The notes under the pieces were generated by a model. That model was not told where the DNA came from, ran no database searches, and worked only from the letters and a program-made list of their open reading frames with translations. A program made the position numbers and the translations under genes. Below are positions 1 to 10,389 of a DNA stretch of 64,000 nucleotides, piece by piece; the first letter of the stretch is position 1; each line of letters starts with the position of its first letter. This DNA comes from Candidatus Marinacidobacterales bacterium. GTDB taxonomy: Bacteria; Acidobacteriota; Vicinamibacteria; Marinacidobacterales; SMYC01. The stretch lies in contig OZ250169.1 of assembly GCA_965237955.1 (NCBI GenBank), positions 3,232,001-3,296,000 of the forward strand, in the 5' to 3' direction.

Positions 1-850
1 GCCAGATCACGGTCGCGTCGATTTGCCAGTACTCGTTGGGGCGCGTCGCCCTGAGGCCTGTCTTGGGCTTCGCCGGATGCACCCGCCTTCGAGGACGTTT
101 CCACCCGCGCCTGCGGATCATCTTGTACCATGTGCTTGCCGAGGCGAAGAGCTTGCCAAGCCGCTGCGCGTAAAGCGCTAAGTTCTGGACGGCGATGTGG
201 CGATAGCTCTCGGACTCAACGAAATCTCTCATCGTGGAGACTTCGTCGCGCGTGAGCTGGCTGGGAGTGGACTTCGGACAGCTCGGTTGATCGTCGAGTC
301 CGCAGCCGTCTTCCTTGCGCCTCCACGCGTGATAACGCGCCGTCGAGACGCAACACGATTCTGAGCACGGTGCTTAACGACAGGAGACCAGTCGCCGACG
401 CGATCGCCCGGAGCACCGCCGATTTGGTCTCACCATCGGGAAGGCGATCCCCGTCGAGTTTTCCCCGGCGGAACCTCAACACACGCACGAGTAACCCGAT
501 GATCGCCGCCTGCACCTTGGCTCGCTGTCTTAGATTGTCGACCTGCTCCAACAGCTCGTAGACTTCCAGCTCAACGTCCACCGAAGCGACCACGGGCCGT
601 ACCTCGCCGCGCGCCCATGTGCGTCGCGTCGACGCGGGGATGGCGACATCCCGGAAGAGGTCCGCATTGCCCGTCGCGGCGATGGCGTCACGCAGCCGAT
701 GGTCGTAGCTCCGCCGAACTCGGTGGGTTCTCGTCATGCCCAAGAATGGCAGGGTGCTATTCTCATCGCCAGCTGGCCGATCATGGCTGCGTGCAAAGGA
801 GCCTGTCGAACTTTCCCTCTCCGTCGTCCACAATGATCGTGCGAAGAGCA
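1..850 (-). mobile_element. IS element family A (rve/DDE transposase), copy 1; runs off the window edge, frameshift near 350
   Basis: Near-identical to about 19950-20799. Left end reads TGCTCTTCGCACGATC on the minus strand. One extra base near 350 relative to copy 4. Confidence 0.85.
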
Positions 851-892
851 CGGCTGGAAACGGGGACACGGTAAGGACTGAGGCACCGGCAG

Positions 893-1339
893 TTGGCGAA
901 AGCCGCCGGCAACAGCTACTCCCCTTACCTACATCTACCGCGCCAGCCCTCGACCCTACCGACCACGGCTTGGATAAAATACGGAGAAGGTCCTGCCCAT
1001 GAGCCTCTGCCCAGAGGCTCATGGGTGGGGGACTACGACGAATTTCAGAAGAACAGGAAGAAAGTCCAGTTTACGGCTCAGGACATCAGATTTACCGTTA
1101 AGGACAAGACCATATATGCGATCTGTCTTGATTGGCCAAGCGATGAAGTGACAATCAAATACCTGGCTGGGGAAGACGAATATTTTGGATTGTATGAATC
1201 AGAGATCGAATCCGTAAAGATGCTTGGTGTTGATGAAGAACTGGAATGGAAAATGACCGAAGACGGCCTCACAATCAAAACCCCGGACCAGAAACCTTGC
1301 GAGCATGCTTTCACCTTCAAGATTGAACGCAAGCATTAG
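893..1339 (+). pseudogene. C-terminal fragment of alpha-L-fucosidase (GH29)
   Basis: WIKYGEGP...FTAQDIRFTVKDKTIYAICLDWP...LEWKMTEDGLTI resembles the fucosidase C-terminal domain; the 5' part is replaced by the IS. Confidence 0.7.
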
Positions 1340-1374
1340 GTTAGGCTAGCTGATCGCAATAAGGAGAGATTCCC

Positions 1375-2631
1375 ATGAGCTTATTGGACCGCCGTAGCTT
1401 CCTCACGACGACCGCTGCCGGGCTGAGTGCGCTCCCGACCGCCCGCGGCATGACGCTTCCCGACGACGAGGATCCACTCGGGGTGCGCGCCGATTTTCCC
1501 ATCACCCGGAACCAGACGTTTCTCAACACCGCCTGGGTCGGCCCGATTCCGAAGGTGGCGAGAGACGCCGCCGTCGACTACGCGGACGAAACGTTGATGT
1601 GGGCGGACAGCCAAAGTCGATTGATGCAGGAGGACATGGCGCGCGCCGCGTTTGGAGAGCTCTTCGGCGCCAAGCCGGACGAGGTGGCTTTTCTCTTTAC
1701 GACGGCCGACGGAGAGGCGGTCGTCACCCACGGCCTCGATCTCAAACCCGGCGACAACATCGTTGTGGACGCGCTCCACTATACCGGGACCTTCCTCCTC
1801 TACAAACAGCTCCAAGAGGAAAAGGGCATCGAGCTCCGCATCGTTCCCGAGACGGAGGGCCGAGTGCGGGTCGAAGATTTCGAGGCGCGCGTCGACGAAA
1901 GGACCCGGCTCGTGTCCGTGGCCTGGGTGTCGAACCGCAACGGCTATCGACACGACCTCCGCGCTCTGACCGAGCTCGCTCACGCCAAAGGTACCCTCGT
2001 CTACGCGGACGGCGTCCAGGCCCTCGGCACCTTCCCCACCAACCTCACCGAGCTGGGCGTGGACTTTGCCTGCAGCGCTGTTCACAAGTGGCTTTTCGCC
2101 GGCTTCGGCGTAGCGCCGTTTTTCATCCGCGAGGAGCACCTCGATCGTATTCGGCCCGATCGCTACGGCCACGGCCAGGTCGCGGAGACGCTCACGCCCA
2201 ACGGCTGGACCCGGCACTTGGGAGCAGGGCGTTTCTCCGAGCTCGATTTCCGACTCCTGACCACCGCGCGAAAGTACGAGTACTCCTGTCTCGCCTACAG
2301 CACGATCGCCCAACTGGCCGCTACCCTCGGCTTGTTCAAGAGGGTCGGTCTTTCGAGAATCGAAGAGCACACGATGCCGCTCGCCCACGAGCTCCGGGAT
2401 GGCATCGCCGAGTTGGGATTCGAGACGTGGACGCCCAAAGGCAACGGGTCACCCATCGTGAGCTTCGTTCATGGACAAGACATCGAAGATCTCAAACGCC
2501 TTCTGAAGGAAGAAGCCATCTCGGTCAGCTTCCGGGAGAAGAACTACACCCTGATGCGCGTGAGTGTCTCCATGTTCAACAACAGCGCCGACGTCCAGCG
2601 ATTGCTGAAGCTACTCAAAAAGGTCGCTTGA
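1375..2631 (+). CDS. Class V PLP-dependent aminotransferase/cysteine desulfurase-like protein with Tat signal
   Basis: DRRSFL twin-arginine motif; RADFP, FLNTA, DGVQ and PLP-lysine motif SAVHKW; AGGAG RBS. Confidence 0.85.
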   Translation: MSLLDRRSFLTTTAAGLSALPTARGMTLPDDEDPLGVRADFPITRNQTFLNTAWVGPIPKVARDAAVDYADETLMWADSQSRLMQEDMARAAFGELFGAKPDEVAFLFTTADGEAVVTHGLDLKPGDNIVVDALHYTGTFLLYKQLQEEKGIELRIVPETEGRVRVEDFEARVDERTRLVSVAWVSNRNGYRHDLRALTELAHAKGTLVYADGVQALGTFPTNLTELGVDFACSAVHKWLFAGFGVAPFFIREEHLDRIRPDRYGHGQVAETLTPNGWTRHLGAGRFSELDFRLLTTARKYEYSCLAYSTIAQLAATLGLFKRVGLSRIEEHTMPLAHELRDGIAELGFETWTPKGNGSPIVSFVHGQDIEDLKRLLKEEAISVSFREKNYTLMRVSVSMFNNSADVQRLLKLLKKVA

Positions 2632-2808
2632 CTTAGGTCTAGATGGCCAACTCGGGGCCACGCACGACGGGTCGAACGGTCGCCCATAGCCGACTCAGCA
2701 CAAACGCGATCTTATTTTGATCGCCTTCGGGAGGCGCGATTACCAAGGGTCCAAGTTCGAATCGTGGCACAAGATAGGGACCCTTGGCCAGGCAGCATTT
2801 TGAACGGC

Positions 2809-3831
2809 TCAGGCCTCTTCGTCGGCGCGATCGCGATGGTGGTCGTAGGACAGCCCCTGGTTCTGCATGGCGCGGCGATAACTGACAGCCACCGCATCGA
2901 ACTTCAAGTGCAGCTCGTCGGCCAGATCGAAGGGCACCTGCTCGGGGCGCTGTGACTCCACGACTCGCTGGTCCTGGCTGAAGATGGTCTTCTCGAAATC
3001 CTGCAGAACGCGGTCAGGCTGGTCGAAATCGTAGTTGCGACCGATGACGCAGTACCCTCGACAGCGTTGCTCGCCGATGGGCTGGCCGGCGAACAAGTAC
3101 ACCATCCCGCGTTCGCCTCCCCAACCCAAGCGGAGGGCAATCGTGTACGGTAGGTGCAGCTCGTAGCGGCTGCGCCGTTCAGGTTCCTCGACCTTCTCGT
3201 TGGCGAAAACTGGAAAGTCCTCCGGGTTGGCCGCCTCGGGGCGGACCACGGTGTAGTGCAGGACGTGCTCGCGTGTCTCAACCTCGTGCGCCGGCACGAT
3301 CGGACGCTTAGGGTCGCCCAGCAGGCCAGGGTGGACCCATGGGAAATGTCCGAAGTCGGTGAAGTTCTCGACTTGGCGGGAAGCGTCGCTGTGCCAGTCA
3401 AAGGGGCCGGTCAGCACGACCTTCCAGGCCTCGTCCTCGAGCTCGGGCACATGGGGTAGCGGAAACACCGGATCTTCGAGCGCGGCCCAGATGAGGCCGT
3501 AGCGCTCGACGACCTGGTAGCGAGGCACCCGAGCCTTGGAGGGTATCGCTGCGTCGGCCTTCTGCGGAATCTTCACGCACACGCCCTCGCGGTCGTAGTG
3601 CCAGGCGTGGTAGGGGCAAATCAAACGGTCGTCCTCGACCCGGCCAAGCGAAAGCGCAGTGCCGCGGTGAATGCACAGGTCCTGCATCGCGTGCGGCACT
3701 CCGTCCGCGGTACGCCAGACGACGATAGCTTCGTCCAGAAGCATCGAACCGTAGGGCGCGTCCAAAGCGACGTCGCGGCCGTAGGCGACCGGATGCCAGC
3801 AGTGGAACAGCTTCTTCGAGAACTTCGACAT
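2809..3831 (-). CDS. Rieske non-heme iron oxygenase (VanA/demethylase-like)
   Basis: Rieske motifs CIHRG and CPYHAW; mononuclear iron motif ENFTDFGHFPWVH; QDQRVVESQ. Confidence 0.88.
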   Translation of the reverse strand: MSKFSKKLFHCWHPVAYGRDVALDAPYGSMLLDEAIVVWRTADGVPHAMQDLCIHRGTALSLGRVEDDRLICPYHAWHYDREGVCVKIPQKADAAIPSKARVPRYQVVERYGLIWAALEDPVFPLPHVPELEDEAWKVVLTGPFDWHSDASRQVENFTDFGHFPWVHPGLLGDPKRPIVPAHEVETREHVLHYTVVRPEAANPEDFPVFANEKVEEPERRSRYELHLPYTIALRLGWGGERGMVYLFAGQPIGEQRCRGYCVIGRNYDFDQPDRVLQDFEKTIFSQDQRVVESQRPEQVPFDLADELHLKFDAVAVSYRRAMQNQGLSYDHHRDRADEEA

Positions 3832-3926
3832 CCCCTCCTCCTAAGGATTCGCGCGCTTGCCCGAACGGGCGATCCGATCCGGCCGCCCGGTGGTCACGCG
3901 ACCCGTTCCAGGACCTTGAGGATCTT

Positions 3927-5126
3927 CTATGTAGTCACGGATTCAATTTTGTTCCCATATCCCGATCGTCGATCAAGGTAATTTCCAATCGGGACAAATA
4001 ACATACCAGAAATAACAGCCAATATTAGTGCGGTAACATTCACAGCCTGGAATGAATACGTCGATAGAATATACACCCCCAGCGACGGAGTGATAATATG
4101 AGCTACCGGAGACATCAACGCGCTGAGTGTAGCCGCCCTTCCCGATTCATCATATTGGGCAGCCGTGCCTAACACATAGGGAATCATGAAATAGTAACCT
4201 AGATTATAAAGAGTAAACGCAGCGCCCCATACCACCATATTCTGCGAAGCAGCCAGACTTGCATAAGACAAAGAAAGAACTCCGACACACAGCAAAAGCG
4301 GCCTAGCGTAACCGAAACGTGTCCCCATAACATTGGCAACAACCGAACCCAATAGTCCGATGGCATTTGAGGTCGCAATGACAAGGCCAGCCTGCTGGGG
4401 TGTCAATCCAATATTGACCCCCATTCGCTCGGAGATAGCCCACACGATGCCTAGACCAATCCACAAAAATAGTGTCGCCACGTACAACCCAAGAAGACGA
4501 GGATTGAGCAACGTCTCAAAATGAATGTGTTTTGTTTCTACAGCACCGAGCTGTTCAGGTTTTACATCCAGCAACCACCTTGTTAGATAAATACCCAGCA
4601 AGAACAAGATGGAGAAAAACATGAAGTAGGCTGGATACGAAATCTCTGTATACACTAGCGGGGCGATAAAAAATAAGACAACTAAGATCACGCCATAACC
4701 GGTTGTAGACGCGGCATACAAGCGTTCAGCATTGGATGAGCTGGCCGTTGAGAAATTTACCGCAGCGGTGATCACGCCGATACCAACACCAACAATAATT
4801 CGACAGAGCAACAACGCATAGAAGGTTGAGTTAACGAGTATCAATAAATTTCCGAGCAAACCCAGAATACAGCCAATCTGCGCCAATCTAGCTCTGGACA
4901 CATGCTGGGCGTAGAGGGCAATAATTAACCCCGCCAGGGTCATCGAGGCGATCTCTACTGACCCTATAAGCCCGGCCTGCTTCAGGCTAAACCCATAACC
5001 ATCGACTAACACACCAATAGTTAATGGTATGAATGCGATCAGACCAAAGGTAAACACCAGACCAAATGATGTACTTGTCACTACGGTCAAGGGTTCGCCA
5101 CAATCCAAAGTTTTCGATATCGCCAT
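3927..5126 (-). CDS. MFS transporter (AT-richer than its flanks)
   Basis: 399 aa with about 12 hydrophobic segments; RIIVGVGIG motif. Confidence 0.8.
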   Translation of the reverse strand: MAISKTLDCGEPLTVVTSTSFGLVFTFGLIAFIPLTIGVLVDGYGFSLKQAGLIGSVEIASMTLAGLIIALYAQHVSRARLAQIGCILGLLGNLLILVNSTFYALLLCRIIVGVGIGVITAAVNFSTASSSNAERLYAASTTGYGVILVVLFFIAPLVYTEISYPAYFMFFSILFLLGIYLTRWLLDVKPEQLGAVETKHIHFETLLNPRLLGLYVATLFLWIGLGIVWAISERMGVNIGLTPQQAGLVIATSNAIGLLGSVVANVMGTRFGYARPLLLCVGVLSLSYASLAASQNMVVWGAAFTLYNLGYYFMIPYVLGTAAQYDESGRAATLSALMSPVAHIITPSLGVYILSTYSFQAVNVTALILAVISGMLFVPIGNYLDRRSGYGNKIESVTT

Positions 5127-5141
5127 TGTTACTACCTCTTA

Positions 5142-5561
5142 CTAGTCCTATAACAAGCGCGATTGGGTGGAAAAATAGTTTGAACTAGAAAAAAGCACTC
5201 GAAATGCCCTGTGTTTCCGGCGTATAAAGAAAGTTGCAAAGCCAAACTTTATTCGCCAAGGGGGGGCATTTCGAGTGAGCAAGAGTAGACAACAGAAAGT
5301 ACGGAATCGCAAACGTCGCATCGAACGTCGTCTGGGACGGAAGAATTGGCCTGCACAAGACGAGCCGATGTTCAGCGCGAGTAACATCCATTACGAGTTG
5401 TCGGAGCGAACGCGAGGCGTTGGGGTTGGCGGGATCGGTGCGGTCCACAAATTTGCGTTGGCGAGCGGGTTGGTTGAAGCGATCGACGAGAGAATCGATG
5501 TTCTGAAAGTTCATCTGCCCTACCACGAATCGGATCATGTGCTGAACATCGCCTACAACAT
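5142..5561 (+). mobile_element. IS1380-family transposase 5' remnant, interrupted by the next IS
   Basis: GGIGAVH...GLVEAIDERIDVLKVHLPYHESDHVLNIAYN is typical of the IS1380/DDE_Tnp_1_4 N-terminus; probable end at CTAGTCCTATAACAAG. Confidence 0.7.
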
Positions 5562-6933
5562 TGTAATCCCCGAAAAGTCTGATCTATTTGAAACCAAACG
5601 ATTTTCTTAGTGGCCCGCGAAGGCCCCGTTCGGTCATCATAAGGCGATGCGTTTGTTATTTCGGCGGACCCCCGCATGGCTGTTTCGAGCGCTGTTGAGG
5701 ACGCGCAACGACCTCGCCATGGAGAACATGGCGCTGCGCCAGCAACTCTCTGTCTACGGCCAGCTAAAAGTTAAACCGAGACTCAAGACTGAAGACCGGG
5801 TCTTCTGGGTTCTTTTCTCCATGGATTATCGAAGTTGGAGAACGTGTCTGAGATTCGTGCAACCGAGAACGGTCCTTCGTTGGCATGCCGCCGGTTTCAA
5901 GATTTTCTGGAGAAAAAAGTGCGAGAAAACAGGTCGACCGCGAATTCCAAAGCAGCATCAGGACCTGATCCGTCAAATGTCCATCGACGAACCCGGCTGG
6001 GGTGCAGATCGGATTGCCGACGAACTTCGATTGAAGCTCGGTATCCGGCACGCTGCAAGCACTGTGCAGAAATACATGGTGCGACCCGAGCACCGCACTC
6101 GTACCGGGCAGACCTGGAGGACCCTCATGAAGAACCACAAAGATGAGATCTGGTCCTGCGATTTCCTGGTGCAGCACACTGCCTTATTCTCCGTAGTCTA
6201 TATCTTCATCATTATGGAGATTTCAACGCGGAAGATCATCGGGTTCAACGTAACCTGCAATCCCACACTCGCATGGGTGAAGCAGCAAATTCGAGAGGCC
6301 ACAGCCTTCGGCGTGCAGCCAAGGATCTTGATTCACGACAACGACGGGATCTACGGCCAGTTTGGTAGAGACCGCCGGTCGCACCTTGGCTATCGCTCAC
6401 ACCTTGATTATTGGCTGAAGGAAACCATGGGCATCCGGGGTATTCCCATCACGCCAGGCTGTCCGCAGGAGACGCCGCATATCGAACGCTTCAACCGGAC
6501 TCTACGCGAGGAAGCGCTCAATCATTTTGTCTTCTTCGGTGAAGCCCACGTTCGTCGTGTGGTTTCGGAGTACATCCTATTTTTTCATGGAGCTCGACCG
6601 CATCAAGGGTTGTGCGGAATCCCAGATCCGTGTTCGGATCTAGAATTCGCGCAGCATTCTCCGAGCAACGGAAGTGTCATGCGACTTCCAGTCCTCGGCG
6701 GTGTTCAAGGCGATTACCGACGCGCAGCGTGAAGCTCGAGCAAAAAGACCCGTGACAGCTCGGTCAGCGACGCTGCGACCCGCAGTTGACGAGTTGATAA
6801 CTCTATCGGCTGCAGCTGTGTTTTACAGTCGCCGGATCGTGCGGAGTTTACAGGTCGCGTAGCACTAAGAACGTGGGAAAACGACTAAGGATAAAGGCTA
6901 AACCCCGGAGCACCTGAATTTTCGGGGATTACA
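5562..6933 (+). mobile_element. Complete IS with TGT...ACA ends (IS481/IS3-like rve element)
   Basis: Perfect TIRs TGTAATCCCCGAAAA (5562) and TTTTCGGGGATTACA (6919-6933) enclose a single transposase ORF. Confidence 0.88.
5647..6732 (+). CDS. Integrase-core (DDE) transposase
   Basis: WSCDF, IHDNDGIY and IERFNRTLREE catalytic motifs; RPHQGL. Confidence 0.9.
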   Translation: MRLLFRRTPAWLFRALLRTRNDLAMENMALRQQLSVYGQLKVKPRLKTEDRVFWVLFSMDYRSWRTCLRFVQPRTVLRWHAAGFKIFWRKKCEKTGRPRIPKQHQDLIRQMSIDEPGWGADRIADELRLKLGIRHAASTVQKYMVRPEHRTRTGQTWRTLMKNHKDEIWSCDFLVQHTALFSVVYIFIIMEISTRKIIGFNVTCNPTLAWVKQQIREATAFGVQPRILIHDNDGIYGQFGRDRRSHLGYRSHLDYWLKETMGIRGIPITPGCPQETPHIERFNRTLREEALNHFVFFGEAHVRRVVSEYILFFHGARPHQGLCGIPDPCSDLEFAQHSPSNGSVMRLPVLGGVQGDYRRAA

Positions 6934-7177
6934 ATAGAAATGGCTATCCCTTATTCCGTCTCACTCCCTGCCGCAGGCCTAGCGCTTGGCACCAACATTC
7001 GAACAAGACCCGTGTTCCCAAAATCAACATCTCTCACTCTGTCCTGGCTCTTTTCCCCAGCGGTCGCTTCTTCCGCCTACCCGTCAAACCTGCAACCTCC
7101 TTCCGCACCCCGTCGGGCGCAATTCCGCCCGTTTCCAAGTAGTGTGCTGAATCTAATTCCCTAAGTCTCTAAGTCTT

Positions 7178-8200
7178 CTAATCAAGATCAATGACCACTT
7201 TGAGTGTGCGGTCGCCGTGTTCTTCGATGTAATGGTAGGCGGCTTCATATTCCTCGAACGGGAAATGTTTTGTGACCAGCGGCTCGGTCATCACGACGCC
7301 ATCGCTGATCCATTTCACGGCCTGGTGGTAATCGTTTTGCTGGTACATCAGGGTGCCTATCAGGCAGAGCTCGCGATCGCCCACCACGGACATATCGATG
7401 CGAGGCCGACCCCCGAACACGCCGAGCACGACAATGTCGCCGCCCTTGCGGATGTGCTGCACGGCATCGTCCAGCGCGGCCTCGGCGCCCACGGCTTCGA
7501 ATGCGACATCAAAGCCTTCGTCGCCGAAGACCTCCTTTACCTTGTCGGCAAAGTTCTCTGTTGCCACGTTACAGCACGCATCGATGCCTACCTCGAGCGC
7601 TTTCTGCAGGCGGAAATCGCTGAGGTCCGTGATCAGAACCTTTTTTGCGCCGCGGCAACGGGCCGCTTGCGCCACAAGGTTGCCGATGGTGCCCGCGCCG
7701 AGCACGGCGACAATTTTGCCTTCCAGTGACGGCACGCGGTTGGTTGCGTGTGCGGCCACGGCCGCGGGTTCAACCAAGGCGCCTTGTTCGAATGTGAGCG
7801 AGTCCGGGAGGGCAACGATACGCTCCTCGGTGGTGATAAATAGATCCTGGGCACATCCGGGTGCCTGGAACCCACGCACCTTTAGCTCGTCGCAGATGTG
7901 GTAGTCGCCACGCTTGCATTGATTGCAGACGCCGCAGACTTCCTGCGGGGCGGCGGTGGCCTTCATGCCGGGTTTGACGACACTGACACCTGTCCCCACG
8001 GCCTCGACGACGGCGGAAAACTCATGTCCCTGAACCACCGGATAGGGGGTGAAGGGGTGCTGTCCGTGCCAGACGTGGAGGTCGGTTCCGCATACGCCGA
8101 TTTTTTTGATGCGCAAGAGAATTTCACCTGGTCCGGGAGTTGGCGCGACAGCCTCGCCAATTTTAATACGTCCCGGTTCGGTCATGACTGCTTGTCTCAT
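7178..8200 (-). CDS. Zn-dependent medium-chain (sugar/polyol) dehydrogenase
   Basis: GVCGTDLH, GHEFS, CxxCxxC...C and GAGTIG motifs; start taken at MRQAVM. Confidence 0.88.
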   Translation of the reverse strand: MRQAVMTEPGRIKIGEAVAPTPGPGEILLRIKKIGVCGTDLHVWHGQHPFTPYPVVQGHEFSAVVEAVGTGVSVVKPGMKATAAPQEVCGVCNQCKRGDYHICDELKVRGFQAPGCAQDLFITTEERIVALPDSLTFEQGALVEPAAVAAHATNRVPSLEGKIVAVLGAGTIGNLVAQAARCRGAKKVLITDLSDFRLQKALEVGIDACCNVATENFADKVKEVFGDEGFDVAFEAVGAEAALDDAVQHIRKGGDIVVLGVFGGRPRIDMSVVGDRELCLIGTLMYQQNDYHQAVKWISDGVVMTEPLVTKHFPFEEYEAAYHYIEEHGDRTLKVVIDLD

Positions 8201-8239
8201 TGTTTTTTCGCCTTTGTTCTTATCTGCTGGTTTCATGGT

Positions 8240-8442
8240 GATGGATTTTTTCAACTGAATGGGACTTTCTCTATTCGGCGAGCACCTCGGTCATCTTCGG
8301 CCTGCCTTCCGAAAGGCGATGTCAATCAGCTCACGTGGTCAGGGCAGGGGAATCCTGCATCGACAACCATCAGCAGGTCCATGTGACCCTGACGGGTCAA
8401 GGCTGCGTCAATCTGCCCGTTGATCATGCCAATTTCTTTCAC
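8240..8442 (-). pseudogene. Degraded D-ribose pyranase/FucU (RbsD-like) gene
   Basis: GTG overlaps the AKR stop; reads MKEIGMINGQIDAALTRQGHMDLLMVVDAGFPCP, then frameshifts and a stop. Confidence 0.65.
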
Positions 8443-9605
8443 CGTGATCCTCTGAAGGTTGTTTCGAGTTGCAGCTTGTTGTGGGCACCCCAGGATTTCT
8501 TGAACCGCTGGTATCCCTCGCGGGTCTCAAAAACCTGGCGGTCGTCCCACAATAGGCGCCAGTCGCCGTCGGCCTCGGGCCAGAGGAAGACCTGCCCCCA
8601 GATCAATCGGTTGTCCGCATCGATGCCAGGGTTCTCCGCGTCGCCGCTAATCCGCAGCAACTGTTGGGGCGTGAGTAGATCACCGCATGCGACACTCAGG
8701 TTCTCGACCATGCGCTGCGAACGGGTTGTCATGGCGACATAGCCGCCGCTCATGTTTTCACGCTGAGCCGCCCAGGCCAAGGCGACCTCTCCCGGCGATA
8801 CGCCCAATGCGGACGCGATCGATTGAATCACGGGGTCAGACATGTCGGGCCGATGCTCCTTGAAGCGATCCCGTCCCGGACGGTTGGGCGATCCCAGCGA
8901 CATGTAGCCGCTACAGACAATGCCTTCCGACTCGAAGTAGCGCCGCAGCTCGGTCTGCTGAAAGAGGGGATGCATTTCCATCTGGTTGTAGACCGGGCGT
9001 TCATCCCACGCCACATCGCGCAGCAGCATCTCCATGGTTGCTTGCGTGTGGTTCGAGGTGCCGATATCCACCACCTTGCCCGCCTTCTTCAGCTTGCAGA
9101 TTTCGCCCCAGGTTTCCATAAAGGCTTCGTGAATATAGGGCACGGCATCGGGGTTGCGGTGCTCGCCCGCACAGCCCGTGGTATGCACATTCGGCCAGGG
9201 CCAATGGTTCACATACAGATCGATCTGGTCCACCCCCAGTGCCTCGAGCGTGGCATCCAGCGCGGGCGCCACATCCTTGGGGGACATATGTCCGTTCCAC
9301 AGTTTGCCCGTGATGAAGAGCTCATGGGCAGAGGAGATGGTGCCCTCTCGGATCGAGATGGCAATGGCCTCGCCGATCACCTCCTCATTCTCATAGGCCC
9401 GGGCCGTATCTAGGTGACGCCAACCCAAGCGAATGGCTTCGACCGTGGCATCCTTCATGTATGCCTGCGCCCAATCGGAATGGAAGGTCCCGAATCCCGC
9501 CACTGGCACCATCCGCCCGGAGGTCAAAGACAGCTGACGGACCGATGCCGGATCAAGCGGCTGAACGCCTTTATCAATGTGTTCCCCTCCTGTTTGTGTG
9601 ATCAT
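8439..9605 (-). CDS. Aldo/keto reductase
   Basis: GFGTF, HLDTARAYENE, FITGKLWN, DLYVNHWP, IGTSN and NQMEMHP motifs. Confidence 0.9.
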   Translation of the reverse strand: MITQTGGEHIDKGVQPLDPASVRQLSLTSGRMVPVAGFGTFHSDWAQAYMKDATVEAIRLGWRHLDTARAYENEEVIGEAIAISIREGTISSAHELFITGKLWNGHMSPKDVAPALDATLEALGVDQIDLYVNHWPWPNVHTTGCAGEHRNPDAVPYIHEAFMETWGEICKLKKAGKVVDIGTSNHTQATMEMLLRDVAWDERPVYNQMEMHPLFQQTELRRYFESEGIVCSGYMSLGSPNRPGRDRFKEHRPDMSDPVIQSIASALGVSPGEVALAWAAQRENMSGGYVAMTTRSQRMVENLSVACGDLLTPQQLLRISGDAENPGIDADNRLIWGQVFLWPEADGDWRLLWDDRQVFETREGYQRFKKSWGAHNKLQLETTFRGSR

Positions 9606-9693
9606 TTTATACTTCCATATTAAGGATAGACATAATGTATTGAACCTGCCCTACCTTGAGAGCGTGGGTTAAGCTTTCGAGGTTTGTCACGAA

Positions 9694-9793
9694 GGTATTG
9701 TCAAATTGGGAGCGCCGACCACAAGATATAGCCGTAGCTACACCCAACCTGACCACACGATATTGTGGAGCGTCGCCTTAATTTGACAATACC
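9694..9793. mobile_element. 100-bp MITE with 14-bp perfect TIRs
   Basis: GGTATTGTCAAATT ... AATTTGACAATACC; non-coding interior; abuts a truncated IS-A copy. Confidence 0.75.
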
Positions 9794-10089
9794 GCTCGTA
9801 GACTTCCAGCTCAACGTCCACCGAAGCGACCACGGGCCGTACCTCGCCCGCGCCCATGTGCGTCGCGTCGACGCGGGGATGGCGACATCCCGGAAGAGGT
9901 CCGCATTGCCCGTCGCGGCGATGGCGTCACGCAGCCGATGGTCGTAGCTCCGCCGAACTCGGTGGGTTCTCGTCATGCCCAAGAATGGCAGGGTGCTATT
10001 CTCATCGCCAGCTGGCCGATCATGGCTGCGTGCAAAGGAGCCTGTCGAACTTTCGCTCTCCGTCGTCCACAATGATCGTGCGAAGAGCA
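9794..10089 (-). mobile_element. IS family A, copy 2 (left-end fragment)
   Basis: Near-identical to about 555-850. Confidence 0.85.
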
Positions 10090-10220
10090 CGGCTCGTGCC
10101 TTGCGGCGTTGAAGCCTGGCCGAGTCTCGACGCCATGGCGACAAATGCACCACTGGCGGTGGCGGCGGCTGCCAGACACTTGTTGCGGAGGAAACTCCGA
10201 CGGGTTTCTTCTATCGACAT
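10090..10220 (-). pseudogene. Tat-signal N-terminal fragment truncated by IS-A
   Basis: AGGAGG RBS, then MSIEETRRSFLRNKCLAAAATASG, which runs into the IS end. Confidence 0.55.
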
Positions 10221-10389
10221 GGCGTGGATGCCTCCTTTTTCTTCTCGGCGAAAGGCTCGAACCTGTACGCTGAAGCGCCGCATGATACTACTCGACCCCG
10301 AATCGAAAAGGATCGCCCCCGCGATTTATGACGAGATCGTTGGTCTCTTGATCGTACTGGCGCTCCGATATTGCACCGCCGGTTGAAGT

